Below, one piece after another: positions 1 through 11,192 of a stretch of DNA of 64,000 bases. Both the position numbers and the translations under genes were made by a program. The stretch is taken from assembly GCA_964016885.1 (NCBI GenBank), contig OZ024742.1, forward strand, positions 91,574,001 through 91,638,000. The letters run 5' to 3'. Each line of letters starts with the position of its first letter. The first letter of the stretch is position 1. Below the pieces are notes generated by a model. The model ran no database searches. It was not told the DNA's origin and saw only the letters and a list, made by a program, of their open reading frames with translations. Source of the DNA: Eledone cirrhosa. Lineage: Eukaryota.

Positions 1-3000
1 TGGCGTTTTGCGTGGTCGTCCACGTGGTCTTCGAAAAAGTTGTTTTACATCTTTGGTTTTTCCAGTACTTGAGCTTACAGTTGTATTCGCTAAACCAATA
101 TTCACCAACTGTTTTTTACTGGAACACTTACCGACATCATAAAGATTTCTGGAATTAGAATCCCAGTTATCAATGAGCAAACTCATCAATGGCCTACCAT
201 CATTATTTGATTCTGAACCATTGTCATATTTGAAACTATTTTCTTTTTGAAGTCCAGGTTTCTTTACATATTTACCTTTGTTGATTTCGAAATCACTGAT
301 CGACTCAGCAAGCTGATAAGCTGTTTTTGATGTGCATCGGTCCGAAAACCTTTTTGTAACTTCTGGATCATAAAATGAAATTTTCTTTTGTTCTGACACC
401 AACGCTGACGAGCCATTTATAGACCCAGCACTCTTGCTTCTTCTTTTGGGGGTATGTGGATTACTATCGATCCGTGAAATCATGTCCGTTGCGTATAAGG
501 TTTGTCCCGGAGAACATTGGTAGGTTGCCCTTTCACTTGGATATCTTTGGCTCATAATTCCACTTTGTGTTGTAGGATATACATGGGTGCAAACTGGATG
601 TTTTAGTGATGAACAGATGCCCTCACTTTGATTTTTGGAATACTTCATTTGGTTATCATATTGAAACGCTGACTTATAACCATCGTTTGTAGACACAGAT
701 GTAGCATAAAAGGAGGTGTTGGAAGGGGTTGGATTAGGGGACATATTGATATGCTGGTTGTTCGCAGAATGGTGGGTCATGAAACGATCTGGCGTTTGGG
801 TAGTATTTCCAAAATTCGAGACAAGCTTTTCGATATAATCATTCTCTTTTTGAACATTATTCGCAGAAGTTATAGACGCAGCATCCTCAAAGCTTTCATC
901 AAAGGCCGAGTTGTAATCGTGGTAGTAGTCAAGATCATTTGTCAGGAGACTGGCCAAGAAAACAGGATCATAATCTGAAAGCAAGAATGATTCATCAGCC
1001 ATCATGTCCGCCGATTGATCTCCCTTAGACCCATCAGGTGTTAAAAGGTGCTTATCGTCAACTAAACCGGGCTCAAGAACGTCATTATCTGAAAAAATAA
1101 AATTGGAATCATTAAGATCTTTCAAAGGATTTTCTGCTCCACACCGCTTATATTTTGATATTTGCTGAGCGATTGAAGGGTCGTTTATGTTTTGAAAATC
1201 TTTTCCAGTTTGTTCACGAGGAACTGATGGATATTCTGACAGAAAGCAATTACCTTGAGACGCTTGTGAACTGACTGAAGGTAGACTGCCTGTAGTAAAA
1301 GCGCTCAAATTCGGACGCTGAATATTATCATTTGTTATTGATTTTGTAGTCATTACCATATTATTTTGCTCATTATGTTGAAATCCTATATTTTGGTTTA
1401 AAAGAGGCTGAGTGATGTTGTACAACTGCTTTTGCAGAAACTGGCCGTTCTCGGAAACATTTCCATTATCTTTTGGTTCAGATGTCGGCGCCGATAAACT
1501 GGAGCGGATTTCTTGTTGCTGGACTAGGTGACATAGTTTTGCTGAGCCTCCCATATCTTTGTCGACATTCAGCAGGCCACAGGAATCATTGCTAGTGGGT
1601 ATTGGAAACCACGGTATAATGCTTTTAAAATTATCTTCATGAATATTTTCTGTGTTATAATGGGATTGTGTAAGCGATTTCTCTGAATTATTGGCAGGTT
1701 TGAAAGATCTATGCATATTATTTGCCGTAGAACCAACTTGTATATAATTATTCGGGTTCAGGCTAGATTGATTCTTTCTGTTGATTTTCTTTTCTTTTAA
1801 AGAACTTTTCGAAAAGCGAGACGTTTTATTACAGACATCATTTTCAGCATGGTTTCTGACTTGATTTTGTTGTAGATATATATTGGAATTCGATCTCTCA
1901 TTAGTACTGTTGTGTTGTGATGTGGGCTCTAATCTTGGTTGGAAACTGCTTTCGGTCAAATATTGTTTTGGTGAGATTCCATTGTCTGTTCTTACATTCG
2001 AAATAATATATGATGTATTACGTGTATCGTTATTACTTGGTGGAGGAATCTGAATAGGCTGAACATTAGACGAGTGCTTGGATTGGTAAATGTCTGGATT
2101 ATAAGGATTACTAGAAGGTTTCACAATGGGATTATCGATCTGTGAATTATGGTCTTGTGCTGATATAAATTGATTAAATCTGTTCATGTAATTATTGGGA
2201 TTGGGAATTAAACTGTTATTCTCATAAATCATATAACCCGCTTGGTCATTACCTTTATATACATTTGGGCCAAATTGCTGCCCTCGTTGAGCTGGTGTTA
2301 AGACTGCATTTTGTAAGACTGTGTAGTGATTCTGATTACTCATTTCTGGTATATTGGAGCTTTGCAGAGGGTGGCATATTTCTAGAAAGTCATGTAAACC
2401 ATTTATGTTAGTCTTTTCTTTACTTACTAATTTGTTTCCGTGAGTTACCTGTAAACACATATAAGGAGAAGTGAAAGGGTTTGTGTTCGGTCTTAGTTGG
2501 TTGCTGAAGATATTGGATGGCATGGCCACGTCGTCGTTAGTTTTGCTGATATAACTTTTTACTGGGCCACTTTGAAACTGGGGAGAATAACAAATACTTG
2601 AATACCCAGAATTCACCAGATTAGGGTAAATGACGTACTGTTCATTTGAGGATCTGTTCATTGATATATTTGCATAATATAGCGATTGTTCTGGAACCTG
2701 CCGACATTTTGTTTTGTCGGAATATTGCCTGAGGTTTACGAATGAGTCCTTGAAATGACTGTTATCATAAACTGAAGAGTAATATGGTACACTACTTGTG
2801 GTGGTGTATTGCTCAGTTACAACACAGGCGGGTTTTGAGAAATTTGATTTAATGGTCATTATCGGGGATGTTTTAAAGCCTTTTATAGGATCTTCCAGAT
2901 TTGTATAGTTTGGACGTGCTTTAGATAGCTTTTTTCCTTGGCGTTTGATTAACACTTCTTCCGACTCTTGTATTCCAGTCTGATCTGCCGATGTTTTCTG

Positions 3001-4251
3001 GTTTATATTGTTTACAAATGAAGAAAAGCTACAGTGGTGTTCTTTCGAACTTATATTCTGCAACGGATTTTTTCGTGCTATATTCTGAGTTTTTTCAATA
3101 ATGTCTGATGTTGCGTGTCTGTGTACAGAACTGGAACTAGAGTCCCTTACATAGTTGATATCAGGGTTTAACACTTTACCTACACATTGAATACTATCAT
3201 TGTTGGAATTTAAAACAGTCTGTGCAGTATTATTCTGGTATAAATTGGAACCGATTTCTTTATGTTCCAGAACGATTAAAGATTCTGACTGATTATTAAT
3301 CATCTGAGGTGATCCACACTGATTGATTTCATCATCTTTAGTGGTTATTGGTTGAATTAACCCAGTGGAGTTTGAAGTCGACTCAATCTGTAGACATGTT
3401 GGAGCATCCTTAATTCCTGGTAAGGGACAGTCAAAATTAACGGAAGAGTTTTCTGAGTGATACAAGTCTTCAGTAGGTATTTTATCACTATCAACTTCAG
3501 TGACAACATTATCCAGTGATTGCTTCACAGAAGTTTTGCTAGCATCAGAATCTTCCAATGAAATAATTGAATTGATTTCTGTGGTATTTTCGTCCGTGAC
3601 AACCAATTCTGATGTAGAGATCACTTCATGTTGGTCATCAGAAGAGCAAGAAGGATTATCTGGTGTTTTACATTCAGCATTAAAGATGATTATATTGTCC
3701 TTATTCTCCTCTTTATTACTACAATTCTTGCCAGTGGCAAGATTCTCTGATATCTCAGTAACATTCTCTTGCAGTGCATAATCATTTACAGAAATGTTTT
3801 CAGAAATAGATTCTGAACAGGCAGAGGTATTTGAAGTCTGTACATCAGATACTTCCACACCCTGCTTAACATTAACCTGGTTGGAATCACTGCACGTTGA
3901 GTTTGCTGAAGAGCAATCTATCTCACAGATGCTGCTATCCTCGAAAATGCCGCTATCTGATTTTCTTTCATCACAGTTTCCATTGACAGGTGTGGATGAT
4001 GGAGAAATACTCATATCTAAGCAATTGTTTAAAACAACAGGGAACGAATTACGACACTGGCCTTTCTCCATTGGATTATTTCCGAACTGCTTTGGGTTGC
4101 TGCTATCTTCACAGGATAGCTCTTTTGGGGTGGATGGGTTAGGAAGATCGATTATTAATGGTGGAGAATCTTGCTGCAATTTACTCCCTTGGTAAGACTC
4201 GAGCCATTTTAAGATGTTCAACAAGCGTGTCTTAGAATCTTCATTGCTCAT
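1..4251 (-). CDS. Large low-complexity (S/N/Q/T-rich, probably disordered) nuclear protein with an AT-hook; partial, continues beyond the left edge of the window
   Basis: Manual translation from ATG 4251 (MSNEDSKTRLLNILKWLESYQGSKLQ...) showed no stop down to base 1 (1417 codons). It ends ...KQLFRRPRGRPRKTP, with the AT-hook core PRGRP inside 33..7. An in-frame TAA lies upstream at 4275..4273. Splice acceptor TATTTCCAG| puts the exon start at 4321. The + strand ORFs 3500-4195 are antisense shadows. Confidence 0.9.
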   Translation of the reverse strand, partial: MSNEDSKTRLLNILKWLESYQGSKLQQDSPPLIIDLPNPSTPKELSCEDSSNPKQFGNNPMEKGQCRNSFPVVLNNCLDMSISPSSTPVNGNCDERKSDSGIFEDSSICEIDCSSANSTCSDSNQVNVKQGVEVSDVQTSNTSACSESISENISVNDYALQENVTEISENLATGKNCSNKEENKDNIIIFNAECKTPDNPSCSSDDQHEVISTSELVVTDENTTEINSIISLEDSDASKTSVKQSLDNVVTEVDSDKIPTEDLYHSENSSVNFDCPLPGIKDAPTCLQIESTSNSTGLIQPITTKDDEINQCGSPQMINNQSESLIVLEHKEIGSNLYQNNTAQTVLNSNNDSIQCVGKVLNPDINYVRDSSSSSVHRHATSDIIEKTQNIARKNPLQNISSKEHHCSFSSFVNNINQKTSADQTGIQESEEVLIKRQGKKLSKARPNYTNLEDPIKGFKTSPIMTIKSNFSKPACVVTEQYTTTSSVPYYSSVYDNSHFKDSFVNLRQYSDKTKCRQVPEQSLYYANISMNRSSNEQYVIYPNLVNSGYSSICYSPQFQSGPVKSYISKTNDDVAMPSNIFSNQLRPNTNPFTSPYMCLQVTHGNKLVSKEKTNINGLHDFLEICHPLQSSNIPEMSNQNHYTVLQNAVLTPAQRGQQFGPNVYKGNDQAGYMIYENNSLIPNPNNYMNRFNQFISAQDHNSQIDNPIVKPSSNPYNPDIYQSKHSSNVQPIQIPPPSNNDTRNTSYIISNVRTDNGISPKQYLTESSFQPRLEPTSQHNSTNERSNSNIYLQQNQVRNHAENDVCNKTSRFSKSSLKEKKINRKNQSSLNPNNYIQVGSTANNMHRSFKPANNSEKSLTQSHYNTENIHEDNFKSIIPWFPIPTSNDSCGLLNVDKDMGGSAKLCHLVQQQEIRSSLSAPTSEPKDNGNVSENGQFLQKQLYNITQPLLNQNIGFQHNEQNNMVMTTKSITNDNIQRPNLSAFTTGSLPSVSSQASQGNCFLSEYPSVPREQTGKDFQNINDPSIAQQISKYKRCGAENPLKDLNDSNFIFSDNDVLEPGLVDDKHLLTPDGSKGDQSADMMADESFLLSDYDPVFLASLLTNDLDYYHDYNSAFDESFEDAASITSANNVQKENDYIEKLVSNFGNTTQTPDRFMTHHSANNQHINMSPNPTPSNTSFYATSVSTNDGYKSAFQYDNQMKYSKNQSEGICSSLKHPVCTHVYPTTQSGIMSQRYPSERATYQCSPGQTLYATDMISRIDSNPHTPKRRSKSAGSINGSSALVSEQKKISFYDPEVTKRFSDRCTSKTAYQLAESISDFEINKGKYVKKPGLQKENSFKYDNGSESNNDGRPLMSLLIDNWDSNSRNLYDVGKCSSKKQLVNIGLANTTVSSSTGKTKDVKQLFRRPRGRPRKTP

Positions 4252-4321
4252 TATTTTTGTGGGGTTATTGCATTAATTAGACAATTTTCTGCCATTTCAG
4301 GTGAATATCTCACTTCATTGA

Positions 4322-4340
4322 CTGGAAATAATAAAAGTAT
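4322..4340 (-). promoter_or_regulatory. 3' splice acceptor of the giant exon
   Basis: Minus strand reads ATACTTTTATTATTTCCAG|TCAATGAAG. Composition switches sharply to AT-rich/TA repeat beyond 4330. Confidence 0.75.
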
Positions 4341-4440
4341 AATAACAGTTTAATATTTATATATATATATAAAAGGAAAAAAGATGAAATCGAAAATGAA
4401 ACTGGAGTCTTTTTTTTTAAAGTATATATTTATTTGGTTC

Positions 4441-4476
4441 CTTTACCGGTTTCGCAGTTCTTCTGCTTTTCAAAAC
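4441..4476 (-). ncRNA. Minimal hammerhead ribozyme motif, U3-A8 core variant (left palindrome arm)
   Basis: Minus: GTT-TTGAAAA-GCAG(AAGAA)CTGC-GAAA-CCG-GTA-AAG. Stem III is the palindrome ACCGGT, the cleavage triplet is GUA, and AATAAA follows. Stem I is weak. Confidence 0.55.
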
Positions 4477-4702
4477 TAGAATTGAGATGGAGGGTTTGTG
4501 GTTTTTCTCATATCTGGTAGGTCTTTGAATGTTACTTCTGTTTTATACGGAAAAAAGTGGGTTGAAATGCTAGGTTTTTAGAGAAGTAATTATTTCTCTA
4601 AAAACCTAGCATTTCGAGCCACTTTTTTCCGTATAAAACAGAAGTAACATTCAAAGACCAACCAGATGTGAGAAAAATCACAAACCCTCCATCTCAATTC
4701 TA

Positions 4703-4738
4703 CTTTTGAAAAGCGGAAGAACTGCGAAACCGTTAAAG
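4703..4738 (+). ncRNA. Mirror copy of the U3-A8 hammerhead motif (right arm, GUA mutated to UUA)
   Basis: CTT-TTGAAAA-GCGG(AAGAA)CTGC-GAAA-CCG-TTA-AAG, then AAATAAA. Confidence 0.5.
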
Positions 4739-4867
4739 GAACCAAATAAATATATATTTAAAAAAAAAAAAGACTCCAGTTGCATTTTCGATTTCATGTT
4801 TTTTCCTTATACTTTCACTCATGTAGGACACCTCGGTTTTCTTTTTCATTTTGTAAAAAAACCTCAC

Positions 4868-4900
<33 letters not shown>

Positions 4901-5689
4901 GACCACCCTAAAAACAAAATGATAATCTTTAATAATGCATATTTGGAAATGGAGATTTGAAAAGATACGCTTTCATGGTGTATATTACGATTATGTTAAT
5001 GAAATTAAGAAAACAAATTAATTTGATTTTTGTTTTATTCCATTCATTATTGTATAGTTTCGTTCGCTAATGCTGTCATTTATCGAATACTTTTGATTTG
5101 TGTTAGTATGGCACAAAACGTAAACTCAGATTATTTTCTTAATGATAATTTCATGTTGATAATAAATATAACCAATATCAATTAGAATAATGTCATCGAT
5201 GGTATACATGACTGCAATATCATGTTGCCAACAAGGGAGTGTGTACAAAAACAACAACAACAAAAAACAAACAAACAAAAGAAATCCTCCAAAATGAAAT
5301 AAAATAATATTACAAAAATCTTGTTTTCAAATTTCACCAACAGAATTTAATCTACATCGTTGCAAGCGTATCTGCAAAATTTCATTTAAAAATATGTATT
5401 GTTAGGAAACTAATGAGAAAAAACAATTCGGTCTGGGTGGGTAGTCGTGGGGCTGGGTTTGACTAAACTGCAGTTATCCCACATTTGAGTCCCACGGTCT
5501 GTGTTTCAAGTGTCATTTGTAATGCATTGACACTTAGTTAAAGAAAGAACAGATTGTATTTCACAGCTTTATAGACGCGCCCCAATTTTCATTTTAACAT
5601 TTTGAAAAAACAAAAGCAAAACCAAAAAAAGAATCGAAAAACACGAAACACTTTACCAAGATTTTTTCGTATTAACTTAATAATATTCA

Positions 5690-5980
5690 GATCCTGTGGA
5701 TCACTTACAGCTAGTGCCATAGTGACATATAAATCTTGTTAATCACTTATAATTAGTGTGGTGATAATAAATGGATCCCGTTGATCACATATTAGTTTAG
5801 TGACTCATAGTTCCTATTGATCCCCTATAGCTGGTGGTTTAGGGATATATAGATCCTGTTGATCACATATAGTTAGAGGCCAAATAATATATATATCTTG
5901 TTGATCAATTATAGGTGTAATTATATGTTAATCCCGTAGTTAGAGGCTTAATGATATATATATACTAATAACTTATAGTT
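5690..5980 (+). repeat. Degenerate ~38-40-bp tandem repeat
   Basis: Recurring GATCCTGTTGATCACWTATAGYTAG-like units at roughly 40-bp spacing. Confidence 0.6.
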
Positions 5981-7871
5981 TGCATTTGTTTTTTAAACTT
6001 TTACAATATATCGTTTCTTAACGTACCACAATTTGACGTCTTTTGTCACTTGTTAAAATGTCTAATCGAAGTCACAAGTGGATACAGAAAAGATGGAAAG
6101 CAATCATCAACCCCACCCTCTCAGAGAAATTTAAATAAGAAAATATAGGAACGTTAAGTGAATAAAGGTAATTTAAAACAGCCGTTTCAGCATTTCCCTA
6201 CTTCACTGCTATAGTGATAAGATTGAGGATAGGCATGGTACCTAGTTTGTAAGTGAAATTTGTTTAGTGTTCAAGTGGACCTGTGGAGTTTTGTCGAATT
6301 GCTAGAGTCATGTGTAGGATGGATCAAGCTAACGGCTAAGTCCATCATCATCATCATGCGGCTTTCATCTAACTGGTTGCTATGGCAACAAATGTGGTTG
6401 CATGAGACTAAACAAATTCAAGACAAATATTTTCCTCTTCGGTTGGACTCTCATCGACCTTTTAAGTTTTACTTGGTGAGAGGTGTGAGTGCGAAGATAG
6501 AAGGTGTCTTTTCCATTAAATTTAATGAAAGGTGGGTTGAGTGTCGAACATGGACTAAGTGACTGGACCTACTCTTATCATGAACATGTGAGCCAGAAAA
6601 CTCAGTTAGGAGAGAGCACTTAGTCTTGGGAATTAGGGTAATAATAGATTTGTAGCCCAGGTGGTAGTTGTTTTCATTGAATATTAACATATCAATCAAA
6701 CCGTGTGTTTGTATATTTTCATATATGTCTGTAATAATGCATTTCCTATGTCAGTCATGTTTTTCAATAAAAAGTTCGTTTTCTAATCACAAGGTCTTGA
6801 TTCTAACCCGACATTTATCCCTGTAAATAAATGTTCTCCGAGCTAATTCTGTATGTTATTTATACATATATGCTGAAAATTTATGTAATTATATCATAGA
6901 AATAAATTAGTAACCTATCACTTTTATCTTTAAATCACTTCCACTTGACAGTAAGCAACATAAACCATAAGTCTATCAAAACGCAAATTTCAGAGTTAGC
7001 ACGATTGTTCATATAAACTGTAAACCGGGTTATATGATGTACCAATGCTGGACTCCCAAAATTAAACATGCTCAACACTGTTGCTGTCATTTGTTAGACT
7101 ACACTGGTCCAATAGTTTTTATATAACGTGTTTCTAGTGACATTTGATTTCATTTGATTTCAATGTAAACATCAACACGTTTTGTAACACGCTACTCTAA
7201 TGTTCTTGCATTCATCGTACACGTGGCAATAAAAAACGAATTATTGTTATTACACTGTGATGGCTTGCAGATCAGTATAATGTAGGACAAAATTCATTAC
7301 GGTATTTAGGTATTTAGTTATGTTCTTAATTTACATCTCGCTGGCGGCGAATGTGCTTTCTCCAACCTTACAGTGTTGATGAAATATGTACAAGTTGATT
7401 AACCCCTCCCTTCAATTTTGTGCCTTTGTGTTTAAGTTAGAAACTATTACTTTACCAATTCTAGTGTCAATCCACTGCAGAAGGTTTGATCAATTCCCTT
7501 TCAGAGTCGATAAAATAAACTACTAGTTAAGTTAGTTGAGTTCTCTGGTCTTGTTCCTCTCAGAAATTATGGCAGTAATTACTGTTATGTCATTTCTCAT
7601 ATATATCTGACTCCTCTAATTTCTTCAGCTCAGAAACCTTGAGACACTGCTCACATTCGTCCCAATCAACATTAAGCAATATATTTTCCCAGATAGAAAT
7701 TGAACACAGAATCGCAAATTTACTATTTTCACGTCAACCTTTTCAGTGAAAACGAGAATTATTTACTTATGGCGAATTGGCAGAGAAATTGCAGCGTCCG
7801 AGTAAATGCTTTGCAGCATTTGCTTTGCCTCTTTATGCTCTGAGTTTAATTTTGCATTTTATCCTTTTAGA

Positions 7872-9560
7872 TTATTTATTTACAATAGTTGATAACTTTG
7901 CCTATTAATCCGTATGGTGAGCAAATAGGGTCCCCACAGCTCCGGTGGACAGGATGGAGAAGGCATTTCCTCGGAGGATGGTAAGGGATATGCGCTAGAA
8001 GAGCCATTCCAACTCGCGAGGCTCACACCTGCGGCTAGCCAGCTCAGCGCCTATAGAGGTGAATAGAGAGGTAGCCCTAGGGCCAAGGACACCAGAAGTC
8101 TCCACTGCCAAGGGCACGACCACAAACTTATCGGAGAGCGACCGGTACTTGGAGAGTTTGGCCTCCTCAGCCCGACGTGCAGCAGTACCTGGGTGAGTCG
8201 CAGACTGTACGAGGTTACGGCTGGAGAAAGTGTCGCTGCAAGTGGCATCCCAGATGAGGAGTTTGCCACCGCGGAACGGGAAGATAGTCATACCGTCTGG
8301 CCTTTTGCCATCCCCTCGCTCCAGCTCCATCGGCTCGAGCTGGGAGGGGAAGCCTGTAGCGTCCAAGCCATGCTTAATGACCTCGTTGAGGGCAGCATGG
8401 CGTGGAAGGTGGCCGGCACTGCGGTGACAGGAAAGCGGGTGGAATCCGAAAGACTCCACGGTATATCCACAGCGACATTTATGTGGCTCGCAGATCCGGA
8501 GTCCCAGCTTCAAGGAAACGCCGATGAACAGGCTATCGTTATCCAGCTGCGTGCCAGTGCAGAAGGATGGCAAGGCATGGAGCCAGACACTACTGTGGGG
8601 TTTGGAGGCCGCGCGAAAACAGGCAAGGCGGTGCTGGTCGAGCTGGCGCGTGAGCCTGTCTGAGGCCAGGCTGCACTGGATGGCATCACATACGCTTTGG
8701 GGGGACTTGATGTTAGCAGGTGGAGAAGGAGGAGGGCCGTCTACCGGGCTATTCCCCAGCCTGTCCCACGTCTCACAGGCGACCTCACGTTCCCTGAACA
8801 CAGGGTTCTATTGTTTTGGAGAACCTTGCTGACGAGGACGTGGCAGGAGGTTACCGATGAAAGGAACGCCGGCAAAGCCAGCGAGATCGGGGACCGGAGG
8901 CCAAGTCTGACAGGTAAAGTGGCCTGTTGCCATCCAATGTCGTCAAACCGGACGTTACATATCTCCTCAGCTGCCGCTCGGATATAAGTATCGAGGTCAG
9001 CGAGGAGAGATGCGTGGCTGTAGCACGGAGCGTTGCAAAGGGTGTAGAGGAGTTTCGGCATGGCGTAGCAGTTCCTCAATAGGAAGAGAGCTGGGTGGCC
9101 GTCGATAAAGCCCAGTCGGCTCGTGAGGGTCTGGAGTTGCTGGAGCCTAGACCTGATGGTAGAGCGGATGGCCGGCGAGTGGATCGGTGACCCGAGGATG
9201 AGGACATCCTATTTGGGGGTCACCTGTACCTGTTGGAGAATGGACCGCACGTCTAAGACGGAGGTTGCAAAGCTCTGAGCATCATAGCTGACATTCACCA
9301 CCTCCGACTTGGACGAGTTGACCTGGAGGCCGATTCCCGCCAGGGCAGGAACCATCTATTGAATGTCATGGCAGACAGTCTCGACGGGCCCGCCCAGCGT
9401 AGCATCGTCCAGGTACCAAACGTTGAGAGGGGCTCCGATACTCCGGGCAATGTGGTCTATACCAAGGGCAAACAAGAGGGGCCAGAGGGTCGCCCTGTTG
9501 GACCCCAGTGGCCGAAGTTATGATTGTGTCAGCAGATCAATCCAGGGGCGGTGGAACTGT
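7872..9560 (-). mobile_element. CRE-clade non-LTR retrotransposon, 5'-truncated: RT C-terminal part, zinc knuckle and RLE endonuclease; frameshifted
   Basis: RT motifs GVQQGDPL (~9507-9484) and LNVWYLDD (YLDD 9415..9404). Zinc knuckle CRCG...HPLSC...RH. RLE motif DGKRPDG...WDAT. C-terminus ELEWLF*RISLTILRGNA has a premature TAG at 7997. AATAAA near 7880. GC-rich relative to the flanks. Confidence 0.88.
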
Positions 9561-10714
9561 TAAAGCATCGAATAGGATGTTTTGCAATATCTGTTTTGAA
9601 TCTGTAGGTTCTGAGTTCAAATGCTATTAGCAAAATAGCAGTCATATTTCTGCCAGAAGTTGCGACCCACAGATACTATCGGCAATGGAAAGACTAGTGG
9701 AAACAGTTTCCTTAGTTCGATCTAACGATCGCCTTGTTTCCTGTTCCTTGTGGTACCTACTTGTATTAGTGGCCAGCGGTTTTGGCTGGTTGGTAAAGTG
9801 TCTTAGCCATTGACAGATCGGCAGCACCAAGAGCTACCAATCCATTCTGTACCATATATCTAATGAAAGCCATTGCCTATACTTTTCAAATCATTTTGAA
9901 TTTTTAGAGAGGCTTAGTAATATGATTAATTTTTTCATTAATTAGCTTAAATGTTATTGCAACTTAAATGTTATTGCATAAAATGATGTAAGAAGATTTT
10001 TGTATAGATAAATATAAACATTTTAAAGACCTAAAACCCGGGGCAGTTTCAGACGGTTTGGTTATCAACATTGTTAAGAATAAACCCACAGACCTTCTAA
10101 ACTGACTAGTTATTCTTTTATACACTAACCTCCCGTCGCAGCCATTCCGTCTACATTTTTCCTAAAACACATTTCTTGTCTAGGAAATGATGACAGCGCC
10201 TTTTTCAGAATCACACTAAACGACTTTGTTATTTTAAACCATCTTATGACCTAAAAAACAAAAGCAGATACCCATCATATTAGCTGGGTGGTCTAAATTA
10301 ATTTGTCTCCAGCATTTTGTCCGATAGTGTTGGATAGTGGTAAAAAGGTAAAAGCACCCCATTTTTGCGGTTTCTTACGCAAACAAGTTGCTATTTATTA
10401 CATATGTTACGAAAACGAAATCCGTTTGTGGAATGTTTTCCAATGTTATATGTTGCTAAGATTGATAAAATCTGTGAAAGTTTAGAAGGATTAATTATTA
10501 TTATTGTTATGTAAATTCCGACACTGACAAATATAGGCATGCGTAGACACGCCCACACACATAATCTTACGTGTCTTTTTTTCTCTCTCTCCTCCTCTCT
10601 CTCTTTATATATATATAACCAAAAGTTAAACAAGGTTCATTGATTAATCAATGAATATAGTTTTACAATAGATTAGAAGCACTCAACAGTGAAGTTTTCA
10701 GATAAAATACATGC

Positions 10715-10778
10715 ATTTTATCTGATGAGGACGTACTGAAAAAACAGCACAGTTGCTCCGAAAAATATATAATAAAAT
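10715..10778 (+). ncRNA. Hammerhead ribozyme motif (type I, Penelope-type), slightly degenerate
   Basis: ATTTTAT-CTGATGA(10722-28)-GGA...TCC-GAAA(10760-63)-A ATAT ATA-ATAAAAT. Stem I is 7 bp. Stem II is GGA/TCC plus an inner ACTG/CAGT. One stem III mismatch. Confidence 0.6.
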
Positions 10779-10944
10779 ATATTTTGATTACGTGAATGTC
10801 TACATTTATTAATATTTTGAATTAATATATATACATATATATATATATATGTATGCCCCAAATGTACATGTAAACACAAAATTGTATAGAAACATGCGCG
10901 CATATATATCCACATATATATATACTCATATACCAAATACACTT

Positions 10945-11050
10945 ATTACCCAATCGCTGATTACCCAATCGCTGATTACCCAATCGCTGATTACCCAATC
11001 GCTGATTACCCAATCGCTGATTATCCAATCGCTGATTATCCACTTATCCA
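10945..11050 (+). repeat. 15-bp minisatellite (ATTACCCAATCGCTG)n, ~6-7 copies
   Basis: Direct inspection; contiguous units with no spacers. Confidence 0.95.
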
Positions 11051-11115
11051 CACGATTACTACACACACACACACGTGGAATTTGAACTGCTTCTTACGTC
11101 AACCGCTTTCACATA

Positions 11116-11192
<77 letters not shown>

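Larger units (their letters stand above)
4368..4811. repeat. ~440-bp near-perfect palindrome (two ~220-bp arms, no spacer), Penelope pseudo-LTR-like
   Basis: 4376 GAAAAAAGATGAAATCGAAAATG... is the reverse complement of ...CATTTTCGATTTCATGTTTTTTC 4805. The centre at ~4590 reads GAGAAGTAAT|TATTTCTC. Scattered substitutions between arms. Confidence 0.95.

Noticed and set aside
3500-4195. Plus-strand ORFs of 93 and 133 aa
   Set aside because: Antisense shadows of the long minus-strand ORF.
5657-5693. Possible 37-nt minus-strand exon (CAG|...TTG|GTAAAG)
   Set aside because: No polypyrimidine tract, it lies at the edge of a tandem repeat, and it does not restore a frame.
6240-6700. Possible decayed retroelement coding remnant
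   Set aside because: No motif could be read with confidence.
10945-11050. CRISPR-like regular repeat
   Set aside because: Contiguous 15-bp units without spacers, in a eukaryotic context with no cas genes.
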